From: Candidatus Enterousia sp.
GTDB taxonomy: Bacteria; Pseudomonadota; Alphaproteobacteria; Rs-D84
Length of the DNA stretch: 64,000 nt
Assembly: GCA_045536625.1 (NCBI GenBank)
Contig: JAZSNY010000025.1
Location: 1,147 to 65,146 of the forward strand
Direction: 5' to 3'
Part shown: piece after piece, positions 28,537 to 37,980 of the stretch
Position numbering within the stretch: the first letter of the stretch is position 1
Layout: the number at the start of each line of letters is the position of its first letter
Notes under the pieces: generated by a model
Told to the model about the DNA's origin: nothing
Databases searched by the model: none
Seen by the model: the letters and a program-made list of their open reading frames with translations, nothing else
Made by a program: the position numbers and the translations under genes

Positions 28537-29214
28537 ATGTTAAAAATTGAAAACCTGAACGTTTCTTTTAATAGTAAAGAATTACTGACCGATATAAACC
28601 TGCATATAAAACCCGGGGCGCGGCACCTGCTTGCGGGACATAATGGTTCTGGTAAATCTACACTTGCAAAAACAATCGCAGGCACACCAGAATACACCAT
28701 AACATCAGGCAAAATCATTTTTGACAAACGCGACATAACCAACGAAAACACAACCACACGCGCATTGCTAGGCATATTTATGGGCGCACAACATGTTCCC
28801 GAAATCCCGGGGCTAAGCGTAATCAGTTTTCTAAAACATTCGGCCATCGCACACCATCATTTTAAAACCGGTCATGATTTATCCATGGGCGAATTTTTAA
28901 GCCGCCTAGAATCTGCACGCGAACACCTGGACATTCCACGCGATTGGTTAAACCGCGCCATGAACGTTGGCTTTTCTGGTGGCGAACGCAAAAGACTGAT
29001 GTTGTTGCATTTAATATTAACCGCGCCACACCTGGCAATTCTTGACGAACCCGATTCAGGCGCAGATGACAGCACCAAGCAATTAATTACAAACATCATA
29101 AACACTATGACGGACACAACCTTCTTGATAATCAGCCATCAAAACGATTTTACATCACAATTAAACCTGACAGATACAACAACTTTATCACACGGAAAAA
29201 TTATGATAAAATAA
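28537..29214 (+). CDS. sufC: Fe-S cluster assembly ATPase SufC
   Basis: Walker A GHNGSGKSTL, FSGGERKR signature, LAILDEPDSG Walker B. Confidence 0.85.
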   Translation: MLKIENLNVSFNSKELLTDINLHIKPGARHLLAGHNGSGKSTLAKTIAGTPEYTITSGKIIFDKRDITNENTTTRALLGIFMGAQHVPEIPGLSVISFLKHSAIAHHHFKTGHDLSMGEFLSRLESAREHLDIPRDWLNRAMNVGFSGGERKRLMLLHLILTAPHLAILDEPDSGADDSTKQLITNIINTMTDTTFLIISHQNDFTSQLNLTDTTTLSHGKIMIK

Positions 29215-29247
29215 CTGCAACAAAATAATATTTTTTGGGGGTGACAA

Positions 29248-30165
29248 ATGACAACAAACACTTCAAAATTATCAACATGGCTCTTTTGGGCACCGCTCAG
29301 ATTCGCGATATCTACATTTTTTGCTGTAACATTAACGGGAATATTATACATAATAATATCGGCGCTTATTTTTTCATCTACTCCGATTCCACAAACCCCC
29401 CTGGGCGCATTAACTTCCCTTGTAATTTTGTACTGTATTTATTTAACAGAACGCAAACTGCCACGAAACGAATTGGACCAAGCGTCATTTGTTATGATCC
29501 ACAATGCACAAACCATTTTTGGTGCATTACTTTCTATGATTTCGTCATATATGATTATTCGTAACATCAATGAAATTGCATTTAAATTAATGTTATTAGA
29601 AAATCAATCAACTTTACTTTTCATTTTAACAATAACGCTATCCACAATTTTTTTACTGTACATCCCGGGAATATTAATCACAAATTTTTTCGCTAAATTC
29701 CGCCGCATACAAAGTTTTGACATACCAACATGGAAAATTATTTGCAGTATACCTTTTGGTTTTTCGGCATTATGGATTCCGGGATATATATTGAACACTC
29801 GCTCAAAACCAGAAACACATATCACCACCAAGATTACATGGTATAAAAAATTAACCAACCTTGTACTATCCAACCCAACAAACACAATAATTACATTTAT
29901 TCCCGTAACTCTTATGTCTGGATTTCTATTCGGATTATATGGGATACTTTTAGCATTAATCTTCTCGCTAATCTTTGGAATATGGATGATGCAAATCGGT
30001 CGAAAAAAATTTATAAAAAACATCGGGGGCCTATATGCATCAATATCGGTTATCATCAACATAGTCTTAATCATGCTTACAATCTGCATGTTCATATTTA
30101 CCCCAACACCAACACAAAACATTCAAATAAACATTTCTGAAACACAACAAACCACGAACCAGTAA
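29248..30165 (+). CDS. Hypothetical polytopic membrane protein, sitting where sufD would normally be
   Basis: 305 aa with about eight transmembrane segments; no SufD motifs. Confidence 0.45.
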   Translation: MTTNTSKLSTWLFWAPLRFAISTFFAVTLTGILYIIISALIFSSTPIPQTPLGALTSLVILYCIYLTERKLPRNELDQASFVMIHNAQTIFGALLSMISSYMIIRNINEIAFKLMLLENQSTLLFILTITLSTIFLLYIPGILITNFFAKFRRIQSFDIPTWKIICSIPFGFSALWIPGYILNTRSKPETHITTKITWYKKLTNLVLSNPTNTIITFIPVTLMSGFLFGLYGILLALIFSLIFGIWMMQIGRKKFIKNIGGLYASISVIINIVLIMLTICMFIFTPTPTQNIQINISETQQTTNQ

Positions 30166-30176
30166 AGGACAAACAA

Positions 30177-31208
30177 ATGATTAACATCATCGGATTTATT
30201 GGCTTTACATTTCTACTTTGGATTGGCCGTTCTATATTTATCCCATTACTAATCGCGGCATTTTTATGGTACTTGATGAATGCTATATCTGATTATTATC
30301 GACGTGTATTACCATACAAAAACGGTCCAAAAGTTCAAAAAATTATATTTGACTGTGTGGCATATACCGCAACATTTGCAACGGTAGTTTTGGTTGGATA
30401 CTTATTTGCGACCCAAATACGTCCAATGTTTTCAGAGTTATTAACATCCTTACCCACCCTGCAAACAAAACTGATTGAATTTGGAACCTATCTATCAAAA
30501 TCTATTGGTCTAACATTTGATTCCAACATGATACCAAACATAACAAAAATCGCGGCGAACATTGGCACATCCGTCGCAGGCATTGCGGCATCCATGGGCA
30601 TGGTATTGGTATACATGATATTTATGTTTGTTGAACAAAGCACATTTAATAAAAAATTCTCGGCAATGTTTCCAACCCGTCGCCAATACAAGAAAATACG
30701 CTTTATACTGGACAGCATTGATACGAACATGAAAAAATATCTGTTCGTCAAAACCAGCATTTCTGCAATCACCGGCGTTGCATCATACTTTTGGCTACAA
30801 ATCATTGGTGTTGAATTTGCGGGCGTTTGGGCATTTATTGTATTTATCACCAGTTATATACCAACCATCGGTGCAATTGTTGCATGCGGGCTGCCAATTT
30901 TATATTCGTTGGTATCGGCCCCCACGTTACAACAACCTATATTAACCGCCGTGGGATTAATTGGCCTGCAAATACTGTTTGGGAATATTATCGAACCCAA
31001 ACTGACGGGAAAAACATTAAACCTGTCCACATTGGCCATATTAATTAATTTGGTTGTATGGGGCATGATTTGGGGAATTGCCGGCATGTTTTTCAGTGTT
31101 CCCCTGTTGGTTGCGCTATACATCATTTGCGCACAATTTGACTCAACCCGCCCCATTGCGATATTACTATCTGCAGATGGACGAATACCCGACAAAAACG
31201 AAGAATAA
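30177..31208 (+). CDS. AI-2E family transporter (PerM/YdiK-like)
   Basis: 343-aa polytopic protein with a conserved C-terminal GMFFSVPLLV-type segment. Confidence 0.6.
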   Translation: MINIIGFIGFTFLLWIGRSIFIPLLIAAFLWYLMNAISDYYRRVLPYKNGPKVQKIIFDCVAYTATFATVVLVGYLFATQIRPMFSELLTSLPTLQTKLIEFGTYLSKSIGLTFDSNMIPNITKIAANIGTSVAGIAASMGMVLVYMIFMFVEQSTFNKKFSAMFPTRRQYKKIRFILDSIDTNMKKYLFVKTSISAITGVASYFWLQIIGVEFAGVWAFIVFITSYIPTIGAIVACGLPILYSLVSAPTLQQPILTAVGLIGLQILFGNIIEPKLTGKTLNLSTLAILINLVVWGMIWGIAGMFFSVPLLVALYIICAQFDSTRPIAILLSADGRIPDKNEE

Positions 31209-31225
31209 AAATTTGCGCTATACGC

Positions 31226-31256
31226 ATAAAAACCGGGCATTATGCCCGGTTTATCA
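31226..31256. terminator. Bidirectional terminator; one copy of a conserved terminator module
   Basis: gcgctatacgcataaaaaccgggcattatgcccggttt, which shares 20 identical nucleotides with the terminator module at 4354-4397. Confidence 0.55.
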
Positions 31257-31689
31257 TTGCAATCGCATTTTCCAATATCACACGCGCAGATTCAGAATCA
31301 AGGCGCATTTTCAAATCACGAACCCGTACACGCCCCATCCCCTCTTGGGCCGAAACAGAGGTCAGGTTTTCTTCCATTGTACAAATTGGCAAATCTGTTT
31401 TTTCCGCCAATTTATCAATGAACGCGCGCACCATTTTTGTAGTATCCGATTCGCCCCCATCCGGATATAACGGCAACCCAACCACAATTCCCACGGCATT
31501 TTCACGCACCGCCGTTTCCGCAACCAAATCGGCATGATTATCTGCACCACGGGGTAAAACAATCGCATCACGGGCAAAGACAAAATCGCGCGCCGGGTCA
31601 GATACCGCGACCCCAATCCGTCGCAGTCCCCAATCAATCCCTAAAACACGCCCACTGCGCGGAAAAGCCTTGAAATCTGGTAAAATCAT
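31240..31689 (-). CDS. ruvX: Holliday junction resolvase-like YqgF/RuvX
   Basis: ILGIDWGLRRIGVAVSD...VVGLPL motifs. Confidence 0.8.
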   Translation of the reverse strand: MILPDFKAFPRSGRVLGIDWGLRRIGVAVSDPARDFVFARDAIVLPRGADNHADLVAETAVRENAVGIVVGLPLYPDGGESDTTKMVRAFIDKLAEKTDLPICTMEENLTSVSAQEGMGRVRVRDLKMRLDSESARVILENAIAMINRA

Positions 31690-31720
31690 TGTATAATCCC
31701 TTTACTTTGTAAATATAGGA

Positions 31721-32023
31721 TTGAAAATGGCATTTAGCAAGCAACAATTACAAAAATTCGCAGATTTGATTAAGATTGAAATCAGCCCAGAAAAACTGGA
31801 ATCCATGAACATTGATTCCGTGGTTGAATGGCTGGATAAATTACAACAAATTGACACAACGGGCGTGCCCCCAATGTTAAATCCGGCCGAACATAAAATA
31901 CCAATGCGCGACGATGTTGTAACAGATGGCAACATCCGTGATTTGGTTTTGGCAAACACACCCGATAACGCGGGCACATCACGCGGATACTTTGCCGTAC
32001 CCAAGGTTATGGATGGTGAATAA
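31721..32023 (+). CDS. gatC: Asp/Glu-tRNA amidotransferase subunit C
   Basis: 100 aa ending VTDGNIRDL...GYFAVPKV. Confidence 0.8.
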   Translation: MKMAFSKQQLQKFADLIKIEISPEKLESMNIDSVVEWLDKLQQIDTTGVPPMLNPAEHKIPMRDDVVTDGNIRDLVLANTPDNAGTSRGYFAVPKVMDGE

Positions 32024-32024
32024 A

Positions 32025-32450
32025 ATGTCAGACAATAAAAAAAATATTTCCGTTTGCTTTGCCAAGTACGAGCCATACGAACACATCCCCGACATATGTC
32101 ATGTTCTGGGCAAAATATCCGATGACGATTTAAAAAAAATAATGGATACGTTTTCCGACAAGAATGCCCAACCGCACTCGTGCATTCTACACATGTCACT
32201 TGACTTTCACGACCAAGCAGTCTTTGGACACCCACCGTGGGATCACAAACGACACAGGGTTCTGGAATTATCCAACATGTTTCATTACAACACTAAATGC
32301 AACAAACATGGCCCCGAACTGGATGAAACGGCAAAAATAAAACGATGCGCACGCAATTTGCAAAATGGTAAATGTGTCGACGAATTTATACGCAACACAC
32401 TAGGTGCAATCTTATACCCACAACATTACGCGATGGACAAGCAAAAATAA
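32025..32450 (+). CDS. Hypothetical Cys/His-rich protein inserted between gatC and gatA
   Basis: ATG two nucleotides after the gatC stop; 141 aa; eight Cys and many His residues. Confidence 0.45.
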   Translation: MSDNKKNISVCFAKYEPYEHIPDICHVLGKISDDDLKKIMDTFSDKNAQPHSCILHMSLDFHDQAVFGHPPWDHKRHRVLELSNMFHYNTKCNKHGPELDETAKIKRCARNLQNGKCVDEFIRNTLGAILYPQHYAMDKQK

Positions 32451-32463
32451 AACAGGTACAACG

Positions 32464-33048
32464 ATGAAACCCAATAAAAAACATCTACGAAACTTTCACA
32501 ATCTATCGAACCAGATAATAGTCGCTTCTGAAAATTACGATTTTCAGGCCGATAAACTTGCAAAAAGACACAATATAAACTTTAAAGCAGAAGACTTACT
32601 AGACCACCCAGAATATTATGAATATCTAGAAGATTTGGGACAATTCCTGGCAGAATACGAAATAAAACACTCTATCCTGAACGCCGAACGCGTTGCCGAA
32701 TTAATAATCGGATACAACATTGCGCATCGTGGAAAAAAACTGCACCCAACTGCAATAACCAAGAAATTAAGCAAACTGCCCGAAGTGCACGCCGAAACAA
32801 TTTATCATGCAATAAATGACGACCATTTTAATTCCCCCGTATTAACGGCCCAACCATATTTACATTCTATATTGCAAAAAAAATACGGTATCTTGCTATT
32901 GGATGAAAAATACTTTGAATACCTGCATATAACATTAAACAATCCGTATACTCAAATATCGCAAAAACAACGTGAAAAAATTTTCGCACAATTAAAATTA
33001 TTTCACAGCGCAACCGTCAAATCCTATTTGAACAACAAACAAAAATAA
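32464..33048 (+). CDS. Hypothetical protein inserted between gatC and gatA
   Basis: About 195 aa from MKPNKKHL. The track ORF begins at 32404 and overlaps the preceding gene. Confidence 0.4.
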   Translation: MKPNKKHLRNFHNLSNQIIVASENYDFQADKLAKRHNINFKAEDLLDHPEYYEYLEDLGQFLAEYEIKHSILNAERVAELIIGYNIAHRGKKLHPTAITKKLSKLPEVHAETIYHAINDDHFNSPVLTAQPYLHSILQKKYGILLLDEKYFEYLHITLNNPYTQISQKQREKIFAQLKLFHSATVKSYLNNKQK

Positions 33049-33061
33049 AAGAAGAAAAAAG

Positions 33062-34528
33062 ATGATTAACCTGACACTAAGCGAAGCACTACAGAAACTA
33101 AACACCCGCGAAATTTCCGCAGTGGAATTAACACGCGCGTACTTGGACCGCATTGAAAAATATGGCACGGATTTAAATTGCTATATCACAACCACACCCG
33201 AACGCGCCATGATGGACGCCGCCGCATCTGATGCACGTCGCGCGGCGGGCGACGCAAAATTCTTGGACGGTGCGCCAATCGCGATGAAGGATTTATTTGC
33301 GACGCGCGGCATTCGCACAACCGCGGCATCACGCATGCTGGAAAATTTTGTTCCCGAATACGAATCAACCATTTCACAAAAATTCATCGATGCCGGCACC
33401 GTATTATTGGGCAAGGCAAACCTGGACGAATTCGCAATGGGCACTTTCAGCAAGACCAGTTACTTTGGCGCACCTGTCAACCCATGGCAAATTGAAAAAC
33501 GCCTGACCGCGGGCGGTTCTTCGGGCGGTTCTACTTCTGCCGTGGCGGGGGGACTGGCCATTGCGGCGACCGGCACCGATACCGGTGGTTCTATTCGCTT
33601 TCCGGCGGCCATAACCGGCCTGGTCGGGATGAAGCCGACATACGGCCTGTGTTCACGCTTTGGTTGCATTGCTTTTGCTTCCAGTCTGGACACCCCCGGT
33701 CCAATCGCACGCACCGTTGATGATGCGGGATTATTATTAAACATCATGGCGGGACATGACCCACGCGAATCGACCAGTTGTGAAAATAATTTTTCATGCA
33801 CATCGGAAATCCAACCAATCCTGGGCAACGGAAAGAAATTACGCGTTGGCATCATCAAAGAATTCAATGATGTAAAAATTTCGGACGACATGAAGACACT
33901 GTTTGAAAAACGCATTTCCGATTTAAAATCCATGGGCGCAGAAATCGTCGAAGTATCCATCCCAAACATCTTGGATGCATTGGCGGCATACTATATCATC
34001 GCCCCGGCCGAGGCATCATCAAACCTTGCCCGCTATGACGGTATGCGCTATGGCCTGCGTGTCGAAGGTCGCGACATTTACGACACATTTAAAAAATCGC
34101 GCGCCGCCGGTTTTGGCGACGAAGTGCAACGCCGTATGGTAATCGGCACCGCGGTTTTATCCAGTGAATCGTATGACGTATACTTTATGCAGGCGGCACG
34201 CGTACGTCGCATGATATCGGACAGTTTTAACACCGCCTTTGAACAGTGCGATTTAATCGTATGCCCGTCCAGTGCGGGTACCGCAATGCCATTGGATTCG
34301 GATTTAACGCCATTGGAATACTATGCACTGGATTTATTTACGGTTGCAATGAACCTGGCGGGGGTACCGGCATGCAGCGTACCATGCGGACTGGCAAACA
34401 ACGGTCTGCCCCTGGGGATGCAGGTTGTAGGGGCGCGCTTTGACGACATGCGTGTTTTACAGTTGGCAAAACACATTGAAACCGCAGCCGCCATTGACAA
34501 CCGCCCAACAATAATTATGGGGAAATAA
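33062..34528 (+). CDS. gatA: Glutamyl-tRNA(Gln)/Asp-tRNA(Asn) amidotransferase subunit A
   Basis: Amidase signature GGSSGGSTSAVAGG with GTDTGGSIR. Confidence 0.9.
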   Translation: MINLTLSEALQKLNTREISAVELTRAYLDRIEKYGTDLNCYITTTPERAMMDAAASDARRAAGDAKFLDGAPIAMKDLFATRGIRTTAASRMLENFVPEYESTISQKFIDAGTVLLGKANLDEFAMGTFSKTSYFGAPVNPWQIEKRLTAGGSSGGSTSAVAGGLAIAATGTDTGGSIRFPAAITGLVGMKPTYGLCSRFGCIAFASSLDTPGPIARTVDDAGLLLNIMAGHDPRESTSCENNFSCTSEIQPILGNGKKLRVGIIKEFNDVKISDDMKTLFEKRISDLKSMGAEIVEVSIPNILDALAAYYIIAPAEASSNLARYDGMRYGLRVEGRDIYDTFKKSRAAGFGDEVQRRMVIGTAVLSSESYDVYFMQAARVRRMISDSFNTAFEQCDLIVCPSSAGTAMPLDSDLTPLEYYALDLFTVAMNLAGVPACSVPCGLANNGLPLGMQVVGARFDDMRVLQLAKHIETAAAIDNRPTIIMGK

Positions 34529-34565
34529 AAAATGACCGTAAAAACGGCCTCATTTAGAAAGGAGA

Positions 34566-34641
34566 TGGTGGCTAGGGACGGAATCGAACCGCCGACACAG
34601 GGATTTTCAGTCCCTTGCTCTACCAACTGAGCTACCTAGCC
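34566..34641 (-). tRNA. tRNA-Phe (anticodon GAA)
   Basis: The reverse complement folds as a cloverleaf: GGCTAGGTAGCTCAGTTGGTAGAGCAAGGGACTGAAAATCCCTGTGTCGGCGGTTCGATTCCGTCCCTAGCCACCA. The acceptor stem closes 7/7, the anticodon loop is CTGAAAA, and CCA is encoded. Confidence 0.85.
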
Positions 34642-34696
34642 AACGCGACGACAATAATAAGATACAAAAAATAAAAAAGCAAGGGAAAAAGACAAA

Positions 34697-36217
34697 ATGT
34701 TTACGATAAAAGGCAAAACATGTGATTGGGAATTGGTAATCGGACTGGAAACACATATCGAAGTGTTATCCAATTCTAAATTATTCAGTGGCGCATCTGC
34801 GGACTATAACCCAACCGTATCCCCCAACACCCAGGTTTCAATGATTGACGCAGGCATGCCCGGCATGTTACCGGTATTAAACAAATACTGTGTTGAACAG
34901 GCAATAAAATTTGGCTTGGGTATTAATGCAGAAATATCCCGCACCAGTCGCTTTGCCCGTAAACAATACTTCTACCCTGACCTGCCCCAGGGATATCAGA
35001 TTTCACAACCCGCCGATGAAGCGCCCGTTGTCGGACGTGGTTGGGTTGAAATTATGGGTGACGATGGCAATCCAAAGAAAATTTTAATTGAACGCGCACA
35101 TCTGGAACAAGACGCCGGCAAATTAAAACACGACGTCCATCCAACAAAATCCTTTGCAGATTACAACCGCACAGGTGTCGCATTGCTTGAAATCGTGACC
35201 TTTTTGGACACCAAGGATCCCGAAAACAACTCGTACATTTCATCCCCGGACGAAGCGGAACGCTATCTGCGCGAAATCCGTGAAATTGCTCGCGCCCTGG
35301 GCGTGTCACGCGCAAATATGGAAGAAGGCTCTATGCGTGCCGACGTAAATGTTTCCGTACGTCCCGTGGGCTCAACCGAATTCCGCACACGTACCGAAAC
35401 AAAAAACATGGTATCATTTAAATTTATTAAAACTGCCATTGAATACGAGGCCCACCGTCAAATTGAAATCTATGAAAACGGTGGCACCGTTTCCCAGGAC
35501 ACAATGCGTTTCCATCAGGGCGACGGCACAACATCCGTCATGCGCAGCAAAGAAGACGCACTGGATTATCGCTATTTCCCGGATCCGGACCTATTACCAA
35601 TCGAAATCACAGACGAACAAATTGAACGTATACGCGCAAACCTGCCGGAATTACCATCTGCGACACGCGCGCGCTATACGCACGAATTCGGGCTGTCTGA
35701 ATATGATGCCACACGCCTGACCGAAAGCACTGATATATCACATTGGTATGATGCATCTGTAAATGGCGACAAAAAACGCGCCAAAGGTGTCGCCAACTGG
35801 ATGATTTCTGAATTGTTCGCACACCCCGAAAACTGGGACGTCAAAAACGAAAAATCGGGTATTGTGGATAACATGCGCATTATCACACCATCTGATTTGG
35901 CCGAACTGGTTGACATGGTTGCCGAAAACACAATCAACGGCAAACAGGCCAAAGAAATATTTATCAAAATGCTGGATGGCGAATCGGGCACACCGCGCGA
36001 AATCGCGGACAAATTCGGTATGAAGCAAATGACCGACACCGGCGCAATCGAAAAGATTGTTGATGAAGTAATCGCGGCAAACCCATCCCAGGTTGAACAA
36101 TACAAATCTGGCAAGGTGGGACTGCTGGGCTTCTTTGTTGGGGGGGTCATGAAGAAAACCGGCGGCACCGCAAATCCGGCCGTCGTGAACGAAATCCTAC
36201 GCAATAAATTGGCATAA
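34697..36217 (+). CDS. gatB: Asp/Glu-tRNA amidotransferase subunit B
   Basis: 506 aa with GLETHIEV and an FPDPDLLP-type motif. Confidence 0.9.
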   Translation: MFTIKGKTCDWELVIGLETHIEVLSNSKLFSGASADYNPTVSPNTQVSMIDAGMPGMLPVLNKYCVEQAIKFGLGINAEISRTSRFARKQYFYPDLPQGYQISQPADEAPVVGRGWVEIMGDDGNPKKILIERAHLEQDAGKLKHDVHPTKSFADYNRTGVALLEIVTFLDTKDPENNSYISSPDEAERYLREIREIARALGVSRANMEEGSMRADVNVSVRPVGSTEFRTRTETKNMVSFKFIKTAIEYEAHRQIEIYENGGTVSQDTMRFHQGDGTTSVMRSKEDALDYRYFPDPDLLPIEITDEQIERIRANLPELPSATRARYTHEFGLSEYDATRLTESTDISHWYDASVNGDKKRAKGVANWMISELFAHPENWDVKNEKSGIVDNMRIITPSDLAELVDMVAENTINGKQAKEIFIKMLDGESGTPREIADKFGMKQMTDTGAIEKIVDEVIAANPSQVEQYKSGKVGLLGFFVGGVMKKTGGTANPAVVNEILRNKLA

Positions 36218-36232
36218 AGAAAGGATAAAAAA

Positions 36233-36493
36233 ATGGCAAAGAAAGAAACAATCAAGGTTATTGGCATAACAAAAAATAACTGCATCACTGGCCTGGAATA
36301 CGGCCTGGTCGAAGTAGAAGTTTTCCCAGAAGGCGAAGTTGCAACACAAAAAAATACAACAAAAACGGTAAAGCCAACAGGCCCAATCAAGCAAACTCAC
36401 ACACCAATCAGACAACCTGCGTTAAAATGGGCAAACAAAATATCCGCCGCAAAAAAACGCATGCTGGACGCCCAAAAGATCAAGGAAAAATAA
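36233..36493 (+). CDS. Small hypothetical protein (86 aa)
   Basis: Ribosome-binding site aaaggataaaaaa before the ATG; lysine-rich C-terminus. Confidence 0.35.
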   Translation: MAKKETIKVIGITKNNCITGLEYGLVEVEVFPEGEVATQKNTTKTVKPTGPIKQTHTPIRQPALKWANKISAAKKRMLDAQKIKEK

Positions 36494-36494
36494 T

Positions 36495-36674
36495 ATGACA
36501 TATGAAATATATGATATGGTTCACATCCTGCGCGAAATGGCCGCCTTTGAATCCCGGGCAAAAATTCAGAAACGCAACGACCAATATCGAAAAAGACATA
36601 TGTTACGTGCATACGGCGCAAAACAAACCCAAATCATAAAAAAATTACGCAGCGAACACACAAAACACAAATAG
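36495..36674 (+). CDS. Small basic hypothetical protein (59 aa), translationally coupled to the 86-aa ORF
   Basis: My own translation: MTYEIYDMVHILREMAAFESRAKIQKRNDQYRKRHMLRAYGAKQTQIIKKLRSEHTKHK. The ATG lies two nucleotides after the upstream stop. It is below the ORF-track length cutoff. Confidence 0.3.
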   Translation: MTYEIYDMVHILREMAAFESRAKIQKRNDQYRKRHMLRAYGAKQTQIIKKLRSEHTKHK

Positions 36675-36681
36675 AACAAAC

Positions 36682-37980
36682 ATGAAGAAATTCTTTATCC
36701 AAACCTTTGGTTGTCAAATGAACGTATACGACGGTTGGCGTATTGCCGCGATGCTGAAACATCATGGCATGGCCCAAACAAACAACGTCGCAGACGCAGA
36801 TATTATTATTTTAAACACCTGCGCCGTTCGTGCCAAGGCAACAGATAAAGTATTTTCTGCCCTGGGGCGTATCAGACGCGCAAAAAAGCCCTCTGCCCTG
36901 TTTGGAATTGTTGGTTGTGTCGCACGCGAATCGGGCACAGATGCTTTTCGTCGAATTCCCGAATTAAACTTTGTCCTGGGCCCGCAAAGTTACCACAAAC
37001 TGCCCGAGATATTAAATAACCCAGACGCGCGTTTATTTAATATTGATTTGGGCGGGCTGGAAAAATTTGATTCCCTGCCCCAGATGGAAACTTCACCACG
37101 CGTTGCATATATCCCAATCCAGGAAGGCTGCAACCATTGTTGCACATATTGTATCGTACCGTACACACGCGGACGTGAAATTTCACGTTCCTTTGAATCG
37201 GTAATACGCGACACCATCCACGCATCAAAAACCGGCGCAATTGAAATTTGTTTCTTGGGACAAAATGTAAATGGATATAAATACAACGACGAAAACGGCA
37301 ATACATATCGCCTGTCCGACCTAATACGTGAAACGGCAAAAATCCCGGAAATCATGCGTATACGCTTTACTTCCAGTTATCCAACCGAAATGACAGACGA
37401 CCTGATTGACATGTTCAAAACTGAACCAAAACTGTTACCGTTTTTAAACATGCCAATTCAAAGTGGCGCCCCAAATGTATTAAAACGCATGAACCGCCCA
37501 TACAGTTTGGAATTATACTGCGACATCATAAATAAATTAAAATCCGCACGTCCCGACATTCAAATATCATCTGACTTCATTGTTGGTTTTCCGGGTGAAA
37601 CCGATTCGGATTTTGAACAAACGATGCAAATTGCCAAACAAATAAAATATATAAACTCGTATTCTTTTAAGTATTCACCACGCCCACATACCGGCGCCGC
37701 ATTAATGCCCGACCAAATACCTGAAAAAATAAAGTCAGAACGCCTGACGAAACTGGACACCTATCTTAACGAAGTCCAACGCGAATTTAATATATCGTGT
37801 ATTGATAAAACATTATCATGCCTGCTGGAAGGGGCCGACAAAACTGGGAAACACTTGATATATCGTACACCTTACATGCAACCATGTATTGTTGCACACC
37901 GTGACAACGCACCCGTTTTGACGGACATTATCATCACAGATGCAAACAAGGCATGTCTGCGAGGGAAATTTATTAGCTAG
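36682..37980 (+). CDS. miaB: tRNA-i6A37 methylthiotransferase MiaB (radical SAM)
   Basis: N-terminal FGCQMN; radical-SAM CNHCCTYC; TRAM-type C-terminus. Confidence 0.85.
   Translation: MKKFFIQTFGCQMNVYDGWRIAAMLKHHGMAQTNNVADADIIILNTCAVRAKATDKVFSALGRIRRAKKPSALFGIVGCVARESGTDAFRRIPELNFVLGPQSYHKLPEILNNPDARLFNIDLGGLEKFDSLPQMETSPRVAYIPIQEGCNHCCTYCIVPYTRGREISRSFESVIRDTIHASKTGAIEICFLGQNVNGYKYNDENGNTYRLSDLIRETAKIPEIMRIRFTSSYPTEMTDDLIDMFKTEPKLLPFLNMPIQSGAPNVLKRMNRPYSLELYCDIINKLKSARPDIQISSDFIVGFPGETDSDFEQTMQIAKQIKYINSYSFKYSPRPHTGAALMPDQIPEKIKSERLTKLDTYLNEVQREFNISCIDKTLSCLLEGADKTGKHLIYRTPYMQPCIVAHRDNAPVLTDIIITDANKACLRGKFIS

Noticed and set aside
29248-30165. Treating the gene after sufC as sufD
   Set aside because: The product is a polytopic membrane protein with about eight transmembrane segments. 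It has no beta-helix SufD/SufB-like C-terminal motif.
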